Shown here one piece after another: positions 25,439 through 32,000 of a DNA stretch of 32,000 nt; position 1 is the first letter of the stretch, and the number at the start of each line of letters is the position of its first letter. The position numbers and the translations under genes are program-made. The notes beneath the pieces are model-generated. The model was not told where the DNA came from, ran no database searches, and saw nothing but the letters and a program-made list of their open reading frames with translations. The DNA lies in sequence record OQ984149.1, one strand, 5' to 3'. The DNA is from Phage C48C1.

Positions 25439-26036
25439 AACATACCTCAACGAAGGATTCGTCAACCTTATTCAAGACGACCCTAAGAAATCAGACTATG
25501 TTGATGCGGTATGGGATATGATACAGCAGTCATATGCTCAGATCGGTGGTATCAAGAGTAATGGTTTTCAAAACAAAGAAGCGATGATGAAACTTCCGTT
25601 CTGGAAGGTCGGCACAGTCAAAGGCAAACCTGTCGCAGTAACTATCTACAAAGACAAGGGTGGGCGAAAGGCTGTTGCGTCTGCGACCGATGGTTCTGAC
25701 GAAGGTAAAGCAAGAATCAGGAATATGATGGCGGCAGAACTAAAACGTTCTTATGGTGAGAAGAGTAAGGCGGCGCTTGGTACCGCACTGAAAGTAACTC
25801 CACCGGATGTGATCAAACAGTTCCTCATTCTACCTAAAGATGTTCAGGCACTAGACCCTAAAGATAAGATCATCCCAATCAAGGGAGTACCTAAGAAGGA
25901 TTGGCCAGAAGACGCCAAGACTACGATTGAGAAATATCCTTACTTGATCGACTATGGTTACTTGCGAGACTTCGGAGGAACCGTGTTGTTCAAGGTGATG
26001 ATGGGGACGCCAGGAAAGAAAGTAAAAAAGTTTTAA
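25425..26036 (+). CDS. Hypothetical phage protein with capsid-targeting-like N-terminus
   Basis: MKFKTYLNEGFVNLIQ...; basic and Lys-rich. Exact start (25413, 25422 or 25425) unresolved. Confidence 0.55.
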   Translation: MMKFKTYLNEGFVNLIQDDPKKSDYVDAVWDMIQQSYAQIGGIKSNGFQNKEAMMKLPFWKVGTVKGKPVAVTIYKDKGGRKAVASATDGSDEGKARIRNMMAAELKRSYGEKSKAALGTALKVTPPDVIKQFLILPKDVQALDPKDKIIPIKGVPKKDWPEDAKTTIEKYPYLIDYGYLRDFGGTVLFKVMMGTPGKKVKKF

Positions 26037-26043
26037 AAAGTCC

Positions 26044-26072
26044 TTGACATAAGACTTATTTTATTATATAAT
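26044..26072 (+). promoter_or_regulatory. sigma70-type promoter TTGACA-N17-TATAAT
   Basis: TTGACA 26044-26049, TATAAT 26067-26072; heads the cytochrome-c peroxidase gene. Confidence 0.92.
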
Positions 26073-26115
26073 TTTGTTCCAAATTGAAATAGAGTATTGA
26101 GAGGCTCTTTATATT

Positions 26116-27537
26116 ATGAAACGTCTACTATCTGTAGCGGTATCCAGTGCACTTATCAGTGCGTGTTCCGGTGGAGGTTCTGACACCCCACCACCCGTCG
26201 TGGCAGATCCTGTCACATCCACACCCGTAACGACACCCGTCGACCCCGCAGTCGAGGCACGTGACAATCTACTCACGTTGCTTGACTCTACGTCGCCCAC
26301 GGGTTCATACGAAGCATACATCCTACCCGCGAGTGATGACTTTGATAACATCCCGCAGGATCCCAGCAATGAGATCACCGCTGCAAAAGTCGCACTTGGC
26401 AAGTTGATCTATCACGAGACAGGTATCACCGAAGGTGACATTGCGCCTAGCGAAGGCACGTTCTCATGCGCAACTTGTCATAGCGCCCAGAATGGATTCA
26501 AGTCTGGTATTCGTCAGGGTATTGGTGAAGGTGGTATCGGTTTTGATCACCGTAGAGTGATGGAAGGCGTTGACCTTGCAGATGTTGATGTCCAGCCCGT
26601 GACATCTCCTACAGTTCTGAACACTGCGTTCCAAGAGGTGATGCTTTGGAATGGTATGTTTGGCAACCAGATCGGTGGTGTGGTCAACGTGGGCATCGAC
26701 CCAGACCGTCACTTCACAGAAGGCACGCCGAAGGAAGCAAACCTACGTAACCTGTCCGGACTAGAGACGCAGGCAGTCGCAGGTCTTGGTGTTCACCGTA
26801 TGGGAACGAACGATCCCGACTCACTACTACGCACTAACGAGACGTATCGTCAGATGTTCGAAGATGCATTCGGTGTTGCAGAACCCGACGACATGTTGGA
26901 AGCATCCGCACTCGCGATTGCCGCATTCGAACGAACTGTGCTTGCAAACCAAGCACCCTTCCAAGAGTATCTCCGTGGAGATGAAACTGCGATGACTGAG
27001 AATCAGGTCGCGGGTGCAGAAGTGTTCTTCGGTAAGGGTAACTGTTACGCATGTCACAACGGTGCCGCACTATCGTCACCCAAAGGTGCGATGGCAGAAG
27101 ACATCTTTATGACTGTCGGATTCCACGATCTCGATATTTGGGAAGACACTATCGGTGAAGTTAATGAACCGACCAAGTTGGGTCGTGGCGGTTTCACAGG
27201 CGATGATCTTGATCGATTCAAGTTCAAAGTTCCTCCGCTTTACAATCTTATAGATACAGAAGTATTTGGACATGGCGCTTCGTTTACGTCCGTAGAAGAA
27301 GTTGTTCGGTACAAGTTGAATGCAATCCCGCAACACCCACAAGTAGAGATCAGTGATCTTGATTATAGGTTTACACCAGTGGACTTAACAGAAGAAGAAA
27401 TCGCTAATTTGATAGAATTCCTTGAGAAGAGTTTGCACGATTCTGACTTGATGCGGTATGTGCCTGAATCTCTACCAAGTGGTAACTGCCCTATCAATAA
27501 TGACGAAGAATCTCGTCAAGAGTTGGGCTGCGACTAA
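26116..27537 (+). CDS. Di-haem cytochrome-c peroxidase / MauG family lipoprotein
   Basis: Lipobox SALISACSG, two CxxCH haem motifs (FSCATCHSAQNGF, GNCYACHNGA), KLGRGGFTGDDLDRFKFKVPPLYNL, and GHGASFTSVEEVVRYKL. Confidence 0.93.
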   Translation: MKRLLSVAVSSALISACSGGGSDTPPPVVADPVTSTPVTTPVDPAVEARDNLLTLLDSTSPTGSYEAYILPASDDFDNIPQDPSNEITAAKVALGKLIYHETGITEGDIAPSEGTFSCATCHSAQNGFKSGIRQGIGEGGIGFDHRRVMEGVDLADVDVQPVTSPTVLNTAFQEVMLWNGMFGNQIGGVVNVGIDPDRHFTEGTPKEANLRNLSGLETQAVAGLGVHRMGTNDPDSLLRTNETYRQMFEDAFGVAEPDDMLEASALAIAAFERTVLANQAPFQEYLRGDETAMTENQVAGAEVFFGKGNCYACHNGAALSSPKGAMAEDIFMTVGFHDLDIWEDTIGEVNEPTKLGRGGFTGDDLDRFKFKVPPLYNLIDTEVFGHGASFTSVEEVVRYKLNAIPQHPQVEISDLDYRFTPVDLTEEEIANLIEFLEKSLHDSDLMRYVPESLPSGNCPINNDEESRQELGCD

Positions 27538-27539
27538 GG

Positions 27540-27547
27540 TATAAATA
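27540..27547 (+). promoter_or_regulatory. T4-type late promoter motif TATAAATA upstream of tRNA-Ala
   Basis: Exact octamer; the predicted start would lie just 5' of the tRNA at 27557. Confidence 0.4.
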
Positions 27548-27556
27548 GAGGATATA

Positions 27557-27632
27557 GGGGCTATAGCTCAGTTGGGAGAGCGCTTGATTTGCATTCAAGA
27601 GGTCGTGGGTTCGACTCCCTCTAGCTCCACCA
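27557..27632 (+). tRNA. tRNA-Ala(TGC), CCA encoded
   Basis: GGGGCTA/TAGCTCC acceptor, CTTGA-TTTGCAT-TCAAG anticodon arm; one T-T mismatch in the T stem. Confidence 0.95.
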
Positions 27633-27635
27633 GTT

Positions 27636-27792
27636 TCCCCGAAGGGTGGTGGTCTGACACAAGAGTGAATTTTGCGCAGTGCGCACTGATATGATCTGCA
27701 GATCTCTCAAAACGTGCATGTGAAAATGCCAGCAGAGATGTATCAAGTTTCACCGAATCAAGAGTGTCCAGTAGACCCCACCCTATCGGGGA
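27636..27792 (+). ncRNA. Candidate structured non-coding RNA with long closing helix and U-rich 3' end
   Basis: 27636-27655 (TCCCCGAAGGGTGGTGGTCT) pairs with 27773-27792 (AGACCCCACCCTATCGGGGA): 19 bp with two 1-nt bulges, then GACAC/GTGTC and GTGAA/TTCAC, and internal hairpins; followed by TCTTTATTTTATT. Confidence 0.7.
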
Positions 27793-27825
27793 TCTTTATT
27801 TTATTATTGACAAGTGAGTAATATT

Positions 27826-27969
27826 ATGTTAGACTATCTACTTTATTTTTTCGCAGCGGTTGGTGTATTGACTTCAGTTTCTTGGATTATCCTGTACTGG
27901 GTAGTTATGGATGAACTCAAGAATCTAGAAGACATCAATCCTGTAATTGACTTAGATGATTTAAAATAA
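27826..27969 (+). CDS. Small single-pass membrane protein, 47 aa
   Basis: MLDYLLYFFAAVGVLTSVSWIILYWVVMDELKNLEDINPVIDLDDLK; overlaps the next ATG. Confidence 0.5.
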   Translation: MLDYLLYFFAAVGVLTSVSWIILYWVVMDELKNLEDINPVIDLDDLK

Positions 27970-28646
27970 TGTTTGAACATGTATTTACAGAACTAACCGA
28001 AATGAATGCTGTCACCACCGAAAAGGGGAGAAAGTATCGCACACCTGAAGGAATCGACCTTCCGTCCATCACAACAGTTCTATCGATACTGTCCCGTGAA
28101 TCTATTGCAAAGTGGCGAGCTAGAGTAGGTCACGAAGAAGCGAATCGTATTTCGCATCGCGCATCATCTCGCGGGACAAGAGTCCACGAGATCATAGAAA
28201 AGTATATCAACAACGAGGAGGATTTTAAAGATGGATATACTCCAGACATTATTAGTAGCTTTAGTGATCTTAAGCCCATTTTGGATAATCGTATCGGTAG
28301 AGTATATGCACAGGAAGCCCCTCTCTACTCAAACCACTTGGGAGTGGCTGGTCGCGTCGATTGCATTGCTGAGTTCGATGGTCGTCTTTCTGTCATTGAT
28401 TTCAAAACATCTATGAAACCCAAGCGGAAGGATTGGATCACCAATTACTTCATGCAAGAGTCTGCTTATGCAATCATGTGGGAAGAACGCACTAAACAAC
28501 CAATCACTCAATTAGTGACAATTGTCTCAGTTGACAACCACGAACCACAGATCTTTATCGAGCATCGTGACAACTGGGTTCGTCCACTTCGCGAAACAAT
28601 CGCACAATATAACGAAGAAAATTCTGGAAATGCCCTTGACATATAA
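27969..28646 (+). CDS. PD-(D/E)XK (Cas4/RecB-like) exonuclease
   Basis: ASSRGTRVHEIIEKYI, GVAGRVDCIAEFDGRLSVIDFKTS (D...D-F-K), and QESAYAIMWEE. Confidence 0.8.
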   Translation: MFEHVFTELTEMNAVTTEKGRKYRTPEGIDLPSITTVLSILSRESIAKWRARVGHEEANRISHRASSRGTRVHEIIEKYINNEEDFKDGYTPDIISSFSDLKPILDNRIGRVYAQEAPLYSNHLGVAGRVDCIAEFDGRLSVIDFKTSMKPKRKDWITNYFMQESAYAIMWEERTKQPITQLVTIVSVDNHEPQIFIEHRDNWVRPLRETIAQYNEENSGNALDI

Positions 28647-28651
28647 ATAGT

Positions 28652-29953
28652 ATGGATTTTACTTCTATACGGAATATTGTCTTGTACATTTCTAAAACAC
28701 AACCTCAAAGGGACTTAACTGCATTAAAGTCTCACATAGTTAAGATATTGAAGAAAGAGAATATATCCACCACGTCATCGAGCCGCGGAGGATATCACAT
28801 ACGATTTCCGTTTGAGGGTGATGCGAATAAATTTTTCGCGAAACACAACCTCGTTGTGGCCGACTACAATAAGGCGATATCTTCAAAGTTCGAGACCCTT
28901 TCTCTGGTGACAACAGATGATATAGGTAGCATTCCCATTGGAACTCAGATCCCTTGGGTTAATAATTATGTCGGCGCTGTAAAGACCGGAAGTTCGCTGT
29001 TCGCAAATAAAGCGTTGACGCCTGACAACCTTGGGCTCGCTGGCAAGACAGTCAACACTAGGGAAATATCGACAATAGTAAAATATCAACTAAACGGTAA
29101 GTTCGAAGAATCTGTGGTTGAGGCGTTGATGCATTTGGTTGAAGTCTCCAATACAAAGAGAAACACAATACCGTTAACCGACAACCCATTTACAACTCAA
29201 GACCTTGCTAAAGTTTCAGCTGATTTCGGTGAGATATTAGCGGCAGTTTGGTCGATGAACGCGCTTAGGTTTAAAAAGGCATATTTCCCTACTGCTTCCA
29301 ACGAACCCTTGATTGATTTTTATGGGATTCGTATGGGTATACAATACCCAGTTTCCGTTAAGTCTGGTGGTGGCGGTAAGGTAACGGTCCAAAACATTAT
29401 TGATAAGATTGAGGGCAGGGCGAAAACCGCTGGATCTAGGTTGGATAATGAAGCGTCACTTGCTATATTTAAGATTGTAGCGCAAAACCCTATGAAAGAT
29501 CAGATGATCAAACTCCATCAATATATGGAAACTGCCGCGATCAAAAAACTAGGGGAGATTATGGACGTGCGGTGGGACAAAATCACGTTAAAGTCAATAA
29601 AGGATTGGGTGTCTGATAAGACTAATGGCGAGTTGAGCGTTTTGCTTAAACCTTTCTGGGAAGAACTCAATATGAAATTGACGGAAAGGATCATCCAAGG
29701 CCCAGATAAAGTCAGATTAATCATTTCCCCGCTCGGCGAGTCGATTTGGAAGATTCTGAATAACTCAAAAGAAATTAAAACTTCTCTTATGAACATTGCG
29801 CGTCAAGTTGCATTGATTCAGGTTAACGTTGATGTTAAGAAAAGAACATTAAATTTCGAACACAACTTCTTCAGAGACGCAGACTTTGAATTTGGTTGGG
29901 CAGGGTACGCTGGCGGTAATAAACTAGGGTTTAAAATGAAATTGGTAAAATGA
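28652..29953 (+). CDS. Conserved hypothetical phage protein
   Basis: 433 aa ORF in synteny; no family recognised with certainty. Confidence 0.6.
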   Translation: MDFTSIRNIVLYISKTQPQRDLTALKSHIVKILKKENISTTSSSRGGYHIRFPFEGDANKFFAKHNLVVADYNKAISSKFETLSLVTTDDIGSIPIGTQIPWVNNYVGAVKTGSSLFANKALTPDNLGLAGKTVNTREISTIVKYQLNGKFEESVVEALMHLVEVSNTKRNTIPLTDNPFTTQDLAKVSADFGEILAAVWSMNALRFKKAYFPTASNEPLIDFYGIRMGIQYPVSVKSGGGGKVTVQNIIDKIEGRAKTAGSRLDNEASLAIFKIVAQNPMKDQMIKLHQYMETAAIKKLGEIMDVRWDKITLKSIKDWVSDKTNGELSVLLKPFWEELNMKLTERIIQGPDKVRLIISPLGESIWKILNNSKEIKTSLMNIARQVALIQVNVDVKKRTLNFEHNFFRDADFEFGWAGYAGGNKLGFKMKLVK

Positions 29954-31173
29954 TGCTGGATTTTAAAAACTTTATAACGGAACAGAAGAACACGCATATG
30001 ACTCATATCGAGGACAAAGTCCTATACGGTGGAGTTGATGGCACAAGACAAGCAATCAATGCATTGCGTGGGTTGCGCGATATGTTGGCGGGTACTTCGA
30101 AAGGAAGCGTCTCTGTGAAGTGGGACGGTGCCCCTGCAATCTTTTGTGGAACCGACCCGTCTGACGGTAAGTTCTTTGTCGCTAAGAAAGGTATCTTCAA
30201 CAAAAATCCAAAAGTCTATAAAACTGAAGCAGAAGTTGATGCGGATACTTCTGGTGATCTGAACGCTAAGTTAAAAGAAGCGCTTCGATACCTTCCTGCG
30301 TTAGGAATTAAAGGAGTCATTCAAGGCGATTTCTTGTTTGGCAAAGGCGACGTAACGACAAAAAATATCGACGGTCAGAAGTACAGTGTGTTTCATCCAA
30401 ATACAATCGCATACGCAGTTCCCTATGATCAAGCGAAAGAGGTCCGCGATGCTAAGATTGGTATCGTTTGGCACACAACATATACTGGCGATTCTTTTGA
30501 GAACATGCGCGCTTCTTACGGCGTTGATGTTAGTAATCTGAAAAAGTCACGCAATGTCTGGTCTCAAGATGCGATGCTCTCTGACGTTACTAATGCAACA
30601 ATGTCCGCACGTGAGACGAAAGAGATCAACGAAATACTATCTCAGATCGGAAAGATCTTCAGGCAGACTGCCTCTTCTACTTTGAAGGCGGTGTCTGACA
30701 ACCCTAAGTTCGCTCAAGCAATAGAGACGTACAACAATAAGTTTGTACGCTCGGGCGCATTGATACCTAATTCAAAGAAACACGTTGCGGGGCTGATCTC
30801 GCACCGACAAAAGTACTATAAGAAAGAGATAGATAGTAAGAAGTCTCAACGCGGTAAGGAAGCTTGGATCGCTAAGATGAAGGATGAGATGGACTTTTTC
30901 TCTTCCACTAATCGCGCTAACTTGGAAAAAATGTTTGAACTACAGCGCCTTATAGTTCTTGCCAAATTAAAACTTATAAATAGTTTAGACAAACTTAAGA
31001 CAATTGACACCTTCGTCAAAACCACTGACGGTTACAGAGTGACGGGCGAAGAAGGTTACGTGGCAATTGACACACTTGGTGGTGATGCGGTGAAACTGGT
31101 TGATCGTATGGAATTCTCATACAACAACTTTTCACCCGATATATTAAAGGGTTGGGATTCAGCCCGTAGATAA
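29953..31173 (+). CDS. Nucleotidyltransferase/ligase-like phage protein (DUF6267-like)
   Basis: GSVSVKWDGAPAIFCG (KxDG motif I), GVIQGDFLF, and EEGYVAIDTLGGDAVKLV (EGxV...VK-like). N-terminus MLDFKNFITEQ. Confidence 0.6.
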   Translation: MLDFKNFITEQKNTHMTHIEDKVLYGGVDGTRQAINALRGLRDMLAGTSKGSVSVKWDGAPAIFCGTDPSDGKFFVAKKGIFNKNPKVYKTEAEVDADTSGDLNAKLKEALRYLPALGIKGVIQGDFLFGKGDVTTKNIDGQKYSVFHPNTIAYAVPYDQAKEVRDAKIGIVWHTTYTGDSFENMRASYGVDVSNLKKSRNVWSQDAMLSDVTNATMSARETKEINEILSQIGKIFRQTASSTLKAVSDNPKFAQAIETYNNKFVRSGALIPNSKKHVAGLISHRQKYYKKEIDSKKSQRGKEAWIAKMKDEMDFFSSTNRANLEKMFELQRLIVLAKLKLINSLDKLKTIDTFVKTTDGYRVTGEEGYVAIDTLGGDAVKLVDRMEFSYNNFSPDILKGWDSARR

Positions 31174-31205
31174 AATGGAATAAACCAATAGAGGATTAGA
31201 TAGTC

Positions 31206-31577
31206 ATGCTATCGTTTAAACAATTCGTGAGTGAAGTGTTAGACGCAACGCAGCGTCGTAAACTCGCGATGAAAATGAAAAAGAATAAGACTCGCATTGC
31301 GATGGGTCGCAAACGCGCAGAACGTAAGATGGCCTCGAAAGAGGTTCTTTTAAAACGTGCACGTCGTCAAGCAAGAAAGGCGATGATATCGAAGATCACC
31401 AAAGGTCAAGATAAAGGTGATATGTCGACTGCACGTAAGAAAGAAATAGAGAAGCGTCTAGAGAAACCAGCAGTACAAGCGAGAATAAATCGTCAAGCAC
31501 GCAAGTTGATGAAAACGATCCGTCGTCAAGAGATAGATAGAAAAAGGTCTAAGAGACAAGGCGGCGCGAAAAAGTGA
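31206..31577 (+). CDS. Very basic small phage protein with capsid-targeting-like N-terminus
   Basis: MLSFKQFVSEVLDATQRRKLAMKMKKNKTRIAMGRKRAERKMASKE...; strongly Lys/Arg-rich. Confidence 0.7.
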   Translation: MLSFKQFVSEVLDATQRRKLAMKMKKNKTRIAMGRKRAERKMASKEVLLKRARRQARKAMISKITKGQDKGDMSTARKKEIEKRLEKPAVQARINRQARKLMKTIRRQEIDRKRSKRQGGAKK

Positions 31578-32000
31578 TTAAGAATTTCAGTCAGTATCTC
31601 CTTGAAGAAGAACGCGAGGTCTACTTTACATTCGGGCGTATGAACCCACCTACCATCGGACACGGTAAGGTGATGGATATGTTGGCCCAAAAGTCAGGAA
31701 AATCCGACTATAAAGTCTTCGTATCACAATCTCAAGACGCGAAAAAGAATCCCCTGTCGTATACCGACAAAATCAAACACACACGTAAAATGTTTCCGAA
31801 ACATGCACGGAACGTCATGGTTGATAAGACTGTGAAAACAGCGATCAACGCAATGGTCTCACTGTACAATCAAGGTTACAAGTCAGTTACTATGGTTGTC
31901 GGCGCAGACCGTATTACAGAATTCGAAGTCCTGTTGAAAAAATACAACGGGCAGAAAGCAAGACATGGTTTTTACAATTTTAAGAATATTAAAGTAGTAT
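31574..32000 (+). CDS. HxGH-superfamily nucleotidyltransferase (NMNAT/cytidylyltransferase-like), 3' truncated
   Basis: GTG start overlapping the previous stop; VYFTFGRMNPPTIGHGKVMDML and VTMVVGADRI; runs off the window. Confidence 0.8.
   Translation, partial: MIKNFSQYLLEEEREVYFTFGRMNPPTIGHGKVMDMLAQKSGKSDYKVFVSQSQDAKKNPLSYTDKIKHTRKMFPKHARNVMVDKTVKTAINAMVSLYNQGYKSVTMVVGADRITEFEVLLKKYNGQKARHGFYNFKNIKVV

Noticed and set aside
27557-27792. tRNA-Ala plus downstream structure considered as a tmRNA
   Set aside because: The tRNA is complete and continuous with a TGC anticodon arm and its own CCA. The downstream element has no tag-peptide ORF or tRNA-like half pairing to the 5' end.
1-32000. Whole window considered as a host genomic island because of sdhB, aceA, iscU and cytochrome peroxidase
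   Set aside because: These genes are interspersed on one strand with B-family polymerase, UvsX, gp41-like helicase, fibre-like proteins, T4-type small proteins and tRNAs, which fits a lytic T4-like phage better. Assembly chimerism still needs read-level exclusion.

Overview
This is a 32 kb segment of a marine-type, T4-like myovirus genome. It is dense and almost entirely + strand, with overlapping ATGA/TAATG gene junctions.

Core replication genes: B-family DNA polymerase (truncated at the left edge), Dam, UvsX/RecA, a DnaB-like helicase, a candidate AEP-type primase-like protein, and a PD-(D/E)XK nuclease. Toward the right end is a T4-like group: a ligase-like protein, a very basic small protein, and a HxGH nucleotidyltransferase truncated at the right edge.

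Between these lies a large accessory load. It includes IscU, a near-complete SdhB, a full-length isocitrate lyase, peroxiredoxin, a lipoprotein di-haem cytochrome-c peroxidase, a PsiE-like protein, an SleB-like hydrolase, UDP-sugar enzymes and six scattered tRNAs.

The strongest leads are:
(1) a carbon/respiration/Fe-S/redox set (IscU, SdhB, AceA, CCP, Prx);
(2) a promoter-led cassette of TET/JBP-like 2OG dioxygenase, glycosyltransferase-like protein and UDP-galactopyranose mutase, possibly a DNA hypermodification pathway with furanose chemistry;
(3) an unannotated ~160 nt structured RNA directly after tRNA-Ala, closed by a 19-bp helix with two 1-nt bulges;
(4) capsid-targeting-like N-termini on four otherwise unrelated ORFs;
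(5) five exact TTGACA-N17-TATAAT promoters, with a promoter/start-codon fusion that predicts leaderless transcripts for dam and the next ORF;
(6) tandem GNRA-tetraloop hairpins in the 5' UTR of the only convincing minus-strand gene.

All family calls come from motif and sequence recognition by eye. No database search was run.
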